Shown: positions 47,928 to 56,900 of the stretch, piece after piece
Numbering within the stretch: position 1 is the stretch's first letter
Layout of the letters: each line of letters starts with the position of its first letter
Origin: Candidatus Latescibacterota bacterium
GTDB lineage: Bacteria > Latescibacterota > UBA2968 > UBA8231
Direction of reading: 5' to 3'
Assembly (NCBI GenBank): GCA_965261395.1
Contig: OZ253462.1
Coordinates: 1,184,001 to 1,248,000, forward strand
Length of the DNA: 64,000 nt
Position numbers and translations under genes: made by a program
Notes under the pieces: generated by a model
Told to the model about the DNA's origin: nothing
The model's input: the letters and a program-made list of their open reading frames with translations, nothing else
Database searches by the model: none

Positions 47928-48058
47928 ACCAGTGGCGATTTGCCGCGCCGAGGGAAGGCGTAATCTTAATGTCGGTGATCTTCATGTTCTAGCTTTCGCA
48001 GCCAAACATAGAAAGCGCGACCTCGGTGTGCAGAGGTCGCGCTTAAAGATGGTGGAGG
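47928..48058 (-). repeat. Direct repeat copy 2 (tmRNA 3' end, terminator and truncated enolase start MKITDIKITPSLGAANRHW)
   Basis: 131 bp homologous to 37755-37886. Confidence 0.92.
48013..48044 (-). terminator. ssrA intrinsic terminator
   Basis: 12-bp stem AAGCGCGACCTC/GAGGTCGCGCTT, 5 nt after CCA, with a T-rich tail. Confidence 0.75.
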
Positions 48059-48408
48059 CGGCGGGAATCGAACCCGCGTCCGAGACCGGTTCTACCTAAA
48101 TATGCTACGTGCGTAGTCGGCCTTAGTTATCTCGCCTGTTGCGCTGCTGGCCGACGAGCCACGCAACGAGCCAGCCCGAAAAATCTCGTCCCATTCCCTC
48201 GGGCGCGGGTTTGGGACCAGCCTGCTAAGAGATGTCATTGGGGCCTGCCGCGCAGGCTCAACAGACCCCAATGGGCTGCGCTAAATTTAGGCAGCCAGAG
48301 CGTACGTGTTAGTTTCGTCGCTTAATTGTTTCCCGAGGATTTACGAGGTGTCGGGACCTCGGCACGCAATTCGGGCTTCTCCGACCCCGTCGAAGCCAAG
48401 TCGCCCCC
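48050..48408 (-). ncRNA. ssrA: tmRNA; tag (A)DETNTYALAA at 48287-48319
   Basis: 5' GGGGGCGACTTGGCTTCGAC, 3' GCGGGTTCGATTCCCGCCGCCTCCACCA with Ala G:U acceptor; 359 nt; tag ORF ends YALAA-TAA. Confidence 0.96.
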
Positions 48409-48415
48409 TTGGAGC

Positions 48416-48445
48416 ATAATAACCGAAAATCGCGCGCAATGTCAA
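48416..48445 (-). promoter_or_regulatory. Putative sigma70 promoter of ssrA
   Basis: TTGACA-N18-TATTAT, 7 nt upstream of the mature 5' end. Confidence 0.65.
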
Positions 48446-48452
48446 CGCCCGC

Positions 48453-49409
48453 TCAGTTCACCACGTTGATCGGCGCGCCGTCCAGAAAGGCCCGTACGTT
48501 CTCTGCCGTCATCTGCATCAGTCGCTTGCGCGCCTCTAGCGTGGCCCAAGCCATGTGCGGCGTGATGAGCAGATTCGGTGCCTGCAAGAGCGGGTTGCCG
48601 CTGGCGATCGGTTCGGCGGAAGCCACGTCCGTTGCCGCCGCTCGGGGCTTGCCGGCGCGTAGGGCTTCCAAAAGGGCCTGCTCATTGACGAGTGCCCCGC
48701 GCGCTGTGTTGATGAAAAGCGATCCTTCCTTCATGGTCGCCAATAACTCGGCGTTGACAAAGCCCGTGTTGTCCGGCGTCTGCGGGCAGTGCAAGCTGAC
48801 CACGTCGGCTCCGGCGAAAATCTCCGCTGTGCTCTTGAGGGCAAACGGCGCGTACCCCGGCGGGTCCTTGGGCGACGGCGCATACGCCCAGACTTCCATG
48901 CCAAAAGCGTGGGCCAGCTCGCCGACGCGCTGGCCGATGCGCCCAAAGCCCACTAGTCCGATAATTTTCCCCGCTAGCTCCATCAGCGGCGTATCCCAAA
49001 AACACCAATAGCCCGATTCAGCCCAGCCTCCGCGATGCACCGCGGCGTCGTGATGCCCTATTCGATGGCACAGCTCCAGCAGCAGCGCCATGGTGTATTG
49101 GGCGACCGAGTCGGTGCCGTACACTGGAATGTTTGACACCGAGATGGCGCGGGCGCGCGCAGCCTCCACATCGACGACGTTGTACCCGGTGGCCGTAACC
49201 GACACGAAGCGCAGGTTGGGTAGCTGGGCAAAGGTCTCAGCCGTCAGCGGCACCTTGTTGGTCAAGATTACGTCGGCGTCCGCAGCCCGCTCCACGATCA
49301 GGTCGTCCGGAGTTTTGTCGTACACTGCAAAATCGCCCAAGGCCGAGACCGGATCCCAGGGGTTGTCGCCGGGGTTTAGGGTGTGTCCGTCTAGTACTGT
49401 GATTTTCAT
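48453..49409 (-). CDS. D-2-hydroxyacid (glycerate/hydroxypyruvate reductase-like) dehydrogenase
   Basis: LDGHTLNPGD, ATGYN, GFGRIG, INTARG, TPHMAW. Confidence 0.9.
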   Translation of the reverse strand: MKITVLDGHTLNPGDNPWDPVSALGDFAVYDKTPDDLIVERAADADVILTNKVPLTAETFAQLPNLRFVSVTATGYNVVDVEAARARAISVSNIPVYGTDSVAQYTMALLLELCHRIGHHDAAVHRGGWAESGYWCFWDTPLMELAGKIIGLVGFGRIGQRVGELAHAFGMEVWAYAPSPKDPPGYAPFALKSTAEIFAGADVVSLHCPQTPDNTGFVNAELLATMKEGSLFINTARGALVNEQALLEALRAGKPRAAATDVASAEPIASGNPLLQAPNLLITPHMAWATLEARKRLMQMTAENVRAFLDGAPINVVN

Positions 49410-49426
49410 AGAATTCCTTTTGTTGT

Positions 49427-49456
49427 CGTAGGGGCGACCGGCCGGTCGCCCCTACG
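49427..49456. repeat. Perfect 30-bp GTAG-type REP-like palindrome
   Basis: CGTAGGGGCGACCGGCCGGTCGCCCCTACG is its own reverse complement. Confidence 0.8.
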
Positions 49457-49467
49457 GATTGATCGCC

Positions 49468-50949
49468 CTATTTCTGTAGCTGTCCCACGTCCCGCACGGC
49501 CCCATGCGCTGCGCTCGTTGTTAGCACGGCGTACGCCTGTAGCGATTGGGGGACGTGGCGTTGGCGGTTGCGGGGCCGATAGGCGTCTATTTTTTGCCGT
49601 CGCGCGGACAGCTCGGCGTCTGCGATTAGCACGTCGATTTTGCGATTGGGAATGTCGATGCGAATCCGGTCGCCGCTTTCCACTAGAGCTAGTGCTCCAC
49701 CCTCAGCCGCTTCCGGCGAGACGTGGCCAATCGACAGCCCGGAGGTGCCGCCGGAAAAGCGGCCGTCGGTCAGCAGCGCACAGGTCTTGCCCAGCCCCAT
49801 GGACTTGATATACGACGTTGGATAGAGCATCTCCTGCATCCCCGGCCCGCCCTTAGGGCCCTCGTAGCGGATTACTACCACGTCGCCGTCGCCGACCTTG
49901 CCGCCGAGGATGCCCTCGCATGCTTCGTCCTGCGACTCGAAGATCCGAGCCGTGCCCTCAAAGACCCAGATCGACTCATCGACGCCAGCCGTCTTCACGA
50001 TGCCGCCGTCTTCGGCGATGTTGCCGAAAAGCACTGCCAGCCCGCCGTCCTGCGAATAAGCGTGCGCGACCGAGCGGATGCAGCCCGTTTGAGCGTCGGT
50101 ATCCGACTCAGAGTAAAAGTTGTTCTGGGAGAAGGCGGTTTTCGTCCGCACGTTGCCCGGGGCCGCCAACGCCCGCTGCACGGCCAGTACAGAGGTGTCG
50201 CCCTCTAGGTAAAATGCCTTGGCCATTTCGACAATCCGCTTGCCGGCCGCGGCAAACAGCTCCCAGCGCAGCGCATGGGTGGCGAGGATGGTGCCGTTGC
50301 CCGGCAGGGCTAGGCCGATGGCTTCGTTGAGGCAGTTCATGGAGTTGGCAGTGAACATGCCGGAGCACGAGCCACAAGTCGGGCAGGCTTGTTCCTCCAT
50401 CTTGGCCACGTCTTCGTCGCTCAAGTTAGGGTCAGCCGCGGCGACCATGGAGTCGACCAAATCGAGCTTGGCGTGGCCCGTTGACAGCTCGGTTTTGCCG
50501 GCCTCCATCGGCCCGCCCGAGACGAAGATCGCCGGGATGTTGAGCCTGAGCGCGGCCAGCAACATGCCCGGAGTGATCTTGTCGCAATTGGAAATGCAGA
50601 CGAGGGCGTCGGCCTTGTGGGCCTGCACCATGTACTCGACGCTGTCGGCGATTAGCTCGCGGCTTGGCAGGGAGTAGAGCATGCCGTCGTGGCCCATGGC
50701 AATGCCGTCGTCCACGGCAATGGTATTGAACTCTACGCCGTAGCCGCCGTGCTGGTCGATCACTTCCTTAACCTGTTGGCCGATGGGCTGCAAATGCACG
50801 TGCCCGGGCACGAACTGGGTAAAGGAGTTGGCGATGGCGACGATGGGTTTTTGGAAGTCCTCGGTCTTCATGCCGGTGGCACGCCACAGGGCACGCGCTC
50901 CGGCCATGCGCCGCCCCTGTGTGGTGGTACTGCTGCGAAACGATTGCAT
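49468..50949 (-). CDS. ilvD: Dihydroxy-acid dehydratase with in-frame internal deletion (possible pseudogene)
   Basis: [55 protein letters not shown]; only 493 aa and the GGSTN segment is missing. Confidence 0.9.
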   Translation of the reverse strand: MQSFRSSTTTQGRRMAGARALWRATGMKTEDFQKPIVAIANSFTQFVPGHVHLQPIGQQVKEVIDQHGGYGVEFNTIAVDDGIAMGHDGMLYSLPSRELIADSVEYMVQAHKADALVCISNCDKITPGMLLAALRLNIPAIFVSGGPMEAGKTELSTGHAKLDLVDSMVAAADPNLSDEDVAKMEEQACPTCGSCSGMFTANSMNCLNEAIGLALPGNGTILATHALRWELFAAAGKRIVEMAKAFYLEGDTSVLAVQRALAAPGNVRTKTAFSQNNFYSESDTDAQTGCIRSVAHAYSQDGGLAVLFGNIAEDGGIVKTAGVDESIWVFEGTARIFESQDEACEGILGGKVGDGDVVVIRYEGPKGGPGMQEMLYPTSYIKSMGLGKTCALLTDGRFSGGTSGLSIGHVSPEAAEGGALALVESGDRIRIDIPNRKIDVLIADAELSARRQKIDAYRPRNRQRHVPQSLQAYAVLTTSAAHGAVRDVGQLQK

Positions 50950-50987
50950 AAAAGCCCTTTCAAGAAGCTGCCGTCTGGCGGCGGATT

Positions 50988-51848
50988 TCAGGTAGCGAAA
51001 TCAAATTCTAGCGCATCCCCCCAAGGCACGTAGCCGATTTTCGCATAGATGTTGTTGGAGGTTGGATTGGATAAATCGGCAAATAGGCTGCAAAACGAAT
51101 AGCGCTCGGAGAGCAGTTTCTTGGTCAACGCCGCGACGCATGAGGTGGCATATCCCTTGTTGCGCTGCTCGGGCGGCGTGTACACCGCGTTGACTGTTAC
51201 GCCGTTTCGCATCGGGCGCGCCGATTTGGCCATAGAGACCGGCCCATTGCAATCCCAAATGTGCAGGTGCCCATCGGCGATGAATCGCGCGGCGCTTTTC
51301 TTGGCTCCGTCGAGATCGGCTGGCTCCCCTAACGCCTCTTGCGAAAAGGCGGCCGTCCACTGCGCCATGATCGGGTGGTCGTCCATGCTGGCCAAGCGCA
51401 ACGCCCCCGCAGCAAAGGGCACATCGGCGACCGTTCGCGCCTCAAATACGCGCATCCGCATGGTCTCCCTAGGCGCGGCGCTAGGCACGGCCTCGGCCCA
51501 ACAAGCGGAAAAGGCTTACGCTGCGGACGCTGGCCCGACAACGCCAGGGACGGGCGCATCCGTTGCAAGCAGGTAGCGCACGAGATGGGCCATAGCCTCT
51601 TTGGTATTCGCAATGAACTTGCTGAGGATGATTCGCCTCGGCGGCGTCATTACGGCCACGCCGACCACTTCACCTTGCTCTAAGACACTCAATAATAGCG
51701 GTGGCTCGGGCCCGTAGCGCAGGGGATCTTTGGCGAGTGCGTACGCGAGGCCGATCGGCAAGTTGTTTTCGCTCTCATGTGATTCGAGGCAAGTACCTGC
51801 AAGCTCAATCAGCTCGCTGGCGTCGGCGTGATGTATTATTTCGACCAT
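50988..51848 (-). pseudogene. GNAT acetyltransferase interrupted by an in-frame TAA at 51516-51518
   Basis: Both ORFs are in the same frame: VVGPASAA*AFSACWAEAVP; VYTPPEQRNKGYA, SNNIYAKIGY. Confidence 0.8.
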
Positions 51849-53978
51849 TCAAAAAGCCGGACCAATAGAAAAATAAAACTGCCTCCGCTGATAAAACCGC
51901 TGTTTCTCGTCAGATTCGTTGTCGAGGGATCCATCGTTGAAGGCTATGTCGAGCCGGAGGGGAAAGCCCAAAACGTAGCGCAGCCCCACCCCATAGCCAT
52001 CGACCATGCCCCGCAAGGTCGATTGGCTTGGCTTGCGCCAGACCTGCGCCCGATCCCAAAAGCCAACGAGGCCGAAGCTGTTCCGCTGATAGCGCAATTC
52101 CCCGCGCATATTTAGGCCGAGGCGTCCGCCGCCCGGCACGTGTATGGCGTCGCGTTCGACTCCACGCACAGATCCCTCGCCTCCGTACGCCTTCCAGTAC
52201 TTCTGTGGCAGCCGCCGTCCCTCGCGCAACGAGGCCGCCCCTCCCCCTTGCAGGGCTAGGGCCAACATCAGGCCGCGTTTAAGTGGCTGGTAATATATGA
52301 ATTCGGCCTCGCCATCGATCACATAGGTCTGATGCTGCCCCAGAATGAACGAGGAGGCGTAGAGCCCGGTTAACCGCAAGAGCGCGCCGCGCGTGGGAGC
52401 AAAGGGGTCGTCGCGCGAATCGCGCAAAAACTCGGTCCTCAATTCGACCGACCGAGTGCGCTCGGTCAGAATCTGTAGCCAATCCGCAGTCACGGGGATC
52501 TTGCCGTCGCTGTAGTCTATGGCCTCGTCTTGGGCGGAGAAATTGTCTTTGCCAGAGAAATCGAAGTCGCTATCGTCAAACGGATCGTCCGCGTCGGTCG
52601 TCTCATCGCTTTCGGTTGGCTCATCACTTTCGGTCCCTCCCTCGTTTATGGGACTGGGTGAGTAGGCGATGCGCTCGCTTGGGTCGGGCCGGATGCGCGA
52701 GTCTTCTCCGCTAAGGGATACTTGGGCTTGGTAGATCTCGCGCCAGCCCTTGGTGAGCGCTGCTTCAGCTTTCCACAGGTGCTCGACCGAGAGGTACTCG
52801 TAGGAGGCCGTACGTATGTACTCCCGTATGATTGCTTCCCCGCCGAAGGGAAAGGACAAAAAGCCGTTGAGCACCGAATCGTTGGCTGTCAAAAGCTCGA
52901 ATTGCCGCTGGTCGTTCGAGTTACCCAACACCGTTGTTTTGTCCCATTCGTCGGTGACCCCTGCCGACAGCACCAAGTCAGCGCCCGTGCCTAGCAAGTT
53001 GCGCTCGGTAAAGGATGCGGTGACGCCCTGTTCCGGCTGCCCCCAACCGGCGTCGAGGCTTAGCCGAGCACCGCGCCCCAGCCAGTTTTTGTGCTGCACG
53101 ACCCCGGCCACGCGCGGTTCAATGTTGCTGAAGAGGACTTCGGTACTTAGGGCGATGCGCTTTTTTTCTTTTAGGCGAACCACGACTGGTTGCAAGCTGT
53201 CGCCCGTCTCGGGGGTGAGCAAAAAGACCGAGCGGAACAGGCCGGTCCTCGCCAGTTGTTCGCGGCTTTTGGCTAGCTGTTCGGGATTGTACAAGTCCCC
53301 CTGCTCAAAGTGCAGATAGCGCTCGATCACCTCCTTGCGCGTGTATAGCTGGTCGAGGTTTTCGACCTCGACGGCACCGAAGTACATCTTGCGCCCGGGA
53401 TCGATGTGGAAGACAACCTCGGTGCTGCGGCTAGCGCGGTCGTCCCCCACCCACTCGTTGCGCACTGCGGCGTGAGGGTAGCCGCGCTGATTGAGGAAGA
53501 CCTGTAGTTGGCGCTCGCCTTCGAGCACCTTGCCGTAGTCGAGGGGCGTGCCGGCGCGCAAGCCGATCTGAGCGCGCAGGGTGTCGGCTGCAAAGGGGGC
53601 ACCCCCTACGAGGGTTAGGGCGCGCACCGTCCACAGCGCACCACTGTCGATTTCAATGTGAATGTGGACCCGGTTTTTGGCGTCCAAGCGCAGGTCCTTG
53701 CGGACGATCTCGGCGTCGCGATAGCCCTTGCTGTAATAGAGGTTGACCAGTCCGCTCAGGTCGTTTTTGAAGAAGCGGCGTTGGAAGCGCTTGCCTTCTT
53801 GGGTCAGCATGGCCGAGCGCAAGGTCTCGCCTTTGATGCGCTTTGCGCCTCGGTGAACGAAGCGTATCTGATCCACCTTGTGATCATCAGCTTCGCGGGC
53901 CGATATTTCGCGCAGATCCTCTTGGGCCAAGGCCGTCCCGGCAAGAGCCAGACAGAGCGCGGCGGCGAACACGCTCAT
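51849..53978 (-). CDS. BamA/TamA-family Omp85 outer membrane protein
   Basis: Signal peptide, three POTRA-like repeats (KGY, RGY, TGLF), SVRG lid motif, C-terminal FYFSIGPAF. Confidence 0.88.
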   Translation of the reverse strand: MSVFAAALCLALAGTALAQEDLREISAREADDHKVDQIRFVHRGAKRIKGETLRSAMLTQEGKRFQRRFFKNDLSGLVNLYYSKGYRDAEIVRKDLRLDAKNRVHIHIEIDSGALWTVRALTLVGGAPFAADTLRAQIGLRAGTPLDYGKVLEGERQLQVFLNQRGYPHAAVRNEWVGDDRASRSTEVVFHIDPGRKMYFGAVEVENLDQLYTRKEVIERYLHFEQGDLYNPEQLAKSREQLARTGLFRSVFLLTPETGDSLQPVVVRLKEKKRIALSTEVLFSNIEPRVAGVVQHKNWLGRGARLSLDAGWGQPEQGVTASFTERNLLGTGADLVLSAGVTDEWDKTTVLGNSNDQRQFELLTANDSVLNGFLSFPFGGEAIIREYIRTASYEYLSVEHLWKAEAALTKGWREIYQAQVSLSGEDSRIRPDPSERIAYSPSPINEGGTESDEPTESDETTDADDPFDDSDFDFSGKDNFSAQDEAIDYSDGKIPVTADWLQILTERTRSVELRTEFLRDSRDDPFAPTRGALLRLTGLYASSFILGQHQTYVIDGEAEFIYYQPLKRGLMLALALQGGGAASLREGRRLPQKYWKAYGGEGSVRGVERDAIHVPGGGRLGLNMRGELRYQRNSFGLVGFWDRAQVWRKPSQSTLRGMVDGYGVGLRYVLGFPLRLDIAFNDGSLDNESDEKQRFYQRRQFYFSIGPAF

Positions 53979-56900
53979 CGGAATTCTCGCTTCAGGCCGA
54001 TGCCTAGCCCATAGTGATCGTACTCGCTTTGGGCCAGGCCGAAGATGGTGAGAAAGGACTTAATTTTGTGCTCGACTCGCACCTCGCCCTTGGCCATCTC
54101 TTTTAGCAGGGCCTCGTAGCGCACCCAGAGGGGTAGGGGCAACCCACCAAGGTACTTGCCCGCCCGCAGGGCGGCCCCAGGCTCGGCCCCGGCGATCTCA
54201 CTCGACGGCAGGACCGTGAATTCATTAAGACCCACCTTCTCGACCTGCTTGCTCAAGAGCTGGCCGGCGGTGGTGCCAAAGACTGCGGCGGCTGTGCTAA
54301 AGGCATCGCTAGTCGAGCCAAAGGCAACAGCGTAGTCGGGGTTGGCCGTTCTAAAGGCCAGCAGGTTGACGGTACCCCCAGTACCTAGCGGGTCCCCGAT
54401 TTCGCCCTCACTTGGTTTTGCAGAAAGCTGCGGCACGACTTTTTGAGCTGGCCCTTGCAGCGTCAAAGTCGCAACGTATTTCTCATCGTCTTGGATGTCT
54501 ATGATTTCCTCGGTCTTGGCCTCCACGTCGAGTGTGGGATTCAGTTGGAGGGGATCGTACATCACGTCGAGAATCGATTTAGTCGGCGCTAGGCGGTTGA
54601 AGACGACGCGCCCCTGTGTGATATCGAATCGTTGATTGAGTACGAAAACCTGCCCTTGGTCTATTGTTATATCGCCTTGAAAGAGCGGCTTGTAGAAGGT
54701 GCCGCCGACCTCGACCGCACCCGATGCTTCGACCTCGGCTAGTTCGCTGTCGAGGGTGAGGCCGCGGATATCGACCTCCACGGCGAGGGCCATGTTCTCC
54801 AAAAACTCGTCGCGCAACGCCGACGGTGGCGGTGGCACGGGAAGCGCGAGGACCACGAGGCTCGCCTCGGAATGCGGCCGGTCGAGGCGGACGCGCCCCG
54901 CCAACTTGGACGCGCTGAGCGAGCCAGCGAAAGACAGATCCATATCGATGTCGTCCGCCTTAAACGACTGTCCGACGGCCTCGTAGTAGGAGGTCATTCG
55001 CTCGGCTTGGAGCCGCAAGTCAAAACTAGGGTCGTCGAGCCGCGATAGGTCGAGTTGCCCAGTGAGCGACGCGCTGTGAAACCCTCGCTTAGGTTCTTTC
55101 TCGACAGAGAAACCCACCAGCTCGACCTGCCGGCCGTTGAATTGCAACTGCCCGTCGGGTAGCGCGTAAATCGGCTCTAAGTCGAGGAGGGCAAATTCGA
55201 GACCCGCAACCCCTATTTGGCCTTGCAATGAGAGTGTTGAGTCCAATCCCTCGGCCCGGAGATCCGCGCTAATCCGGCCGTCGAGATGATCCAGTTCGGC
55301 TATTAGGTCGCCGAGGAAGAGGAGTCCGATGCCGTCAGAATGCGCCTCTAGCCAGCTCTCGTCTAAGGAAAGTGTGCCGGCCTGCAAATCCCAGGGCACG
55401 CGACCGATCACGGTGAGGCTGTCGTTGAGCAAGGTCGTCCAGTTCAAATGCCAATCGCCGCCGTGCCGGTCGCCGTCGAGCCTCCCGTACAGCTCTCCCA
55501 AGTCCGCGGTCTCCACGGCCAGATCAACGGCAACTTGAGGAGCGGATGCCGTGCCGCTGACCTCGGCGTCGAGCTGGACCAGCCCCTTGGGGCCGCCGAA
55601 GAAAGCCAAGTCCACGTCTTCGAGGGCCAGCTCCACCTTTGAGGGCTTGGTGCCCTCCAGTTGGCCCGCCAGTCTCAAGGTGCCGGCCGGCTGCAGGGCG
55701 AGGCGGTCGCGGTCGTACCGTCGCAAGCCAATCGCCACTGAGTCTAGCGCCACGCGGCCCTCGCCGAGCGCGAATCGTCCTCCAGACAGGAGATCCAGAC
55801 GTAGCGAATCGGCTGAAGCTTGGCTCTCGATGGCCAAGCCGTGCACGTCGATATGCCCGAACAAGTCTCGCCAGCTCGGCATGGAATCCCCTAAGGCCGC
55901 TTCTAAGTGCCCGTCTAGGTCGAGCCGCCCGTACAGCGGGCGTCCCAAAGCATAGCTGAGCACCGGCCCCAAGTCGGCTGCCATCGCCTCGATTGCGAGC
56001 TGCGCGGGGGCTTCCCCCGGCCCGAAAAGCGGCGCGGCTGGGCAGGTGAGCGCGAGGCGCACGCCGGCATCGGCAGTGAACTCGGCAAGGAGCGAATCCG
56101 CCAGCGCGAGGCGCAGCCGGGCATTGCCGAGGGCGAGGGTGTCGAGGCGCATCTCCGCCAGCGTCACCACGCCCTGTGCCTCTGGCCTCGCTAGGGTGCC
56201 GCCGACCCGCAAATGCCCGCCGCCCGCCGCGCTGAGGTCGGGCACGAGGTTGGACAGTTCAAGGACTGGCAACTCCGCTGCAACCGCGAGCGAATCCCTC
56301 CCGACCCAACCCGAAAGGCCCACTAGGCCGACGGGCGTTTGCAGGTGTACCGCGGTGAGGTCCATGCGCCCGTCGCCATAGTCGGCTTGGAGGGGACCGT
56401 AGTTTTGCAGCGCCCATTCCCCCTGCCGCAGCAAGAGTGAGTCGAGCGCGAGGGCCGCTTGAGCCGCGTCTAAGTCCTCCAGCGGCCCCTCCCAACGCAA
56501 AGTCCCGTCCAACGCAACCACTGAGCCATCTACCCTCCGCAACAAGGTATCGGCAAAATCCGCTTGGGCCGTTAAGTGCTCGTCCACGTCCAGTTTCGCT
56601 AGCACGCTCACGCCCGCCCCCCCGCCGGATACCCGTGCCGCACCTTGGTCCCAGCCCACGTCCAGCGCGAGTTCGCCGGTCTGCCACCCCGCGTACTCTA
56701 GCCGCGAGGTCGCAATGCGCCCACCCAGCCGCAGCGCGTCGAGCGTCAGCCCGCCCCCCCCGCGCAAATCCGCGTCGAGTCGCCCGCTCAACCCGGGCAT
56801 GACCCGTTCCACTGCCAGTCCGTCCACGTCCGCCACCAGCGTATCGATCTCGCTATCCTTTAGGTCAATGTCCGCCCGCGCTATTAGGAGATCGCGCTCT

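Noticed and set aside
48050-48085. tRNA-like T-arm and CCA end
   Set aside because: It is the 3' domain of tmRNA, with a matching 5' end at 48408 and a tag ORF; not a separate tRNA
51516-51518. Stop-codon reassignment or readthrough
   Set aside because: Single instance; TAA, TAG and TGA all terminate intact genes in the window
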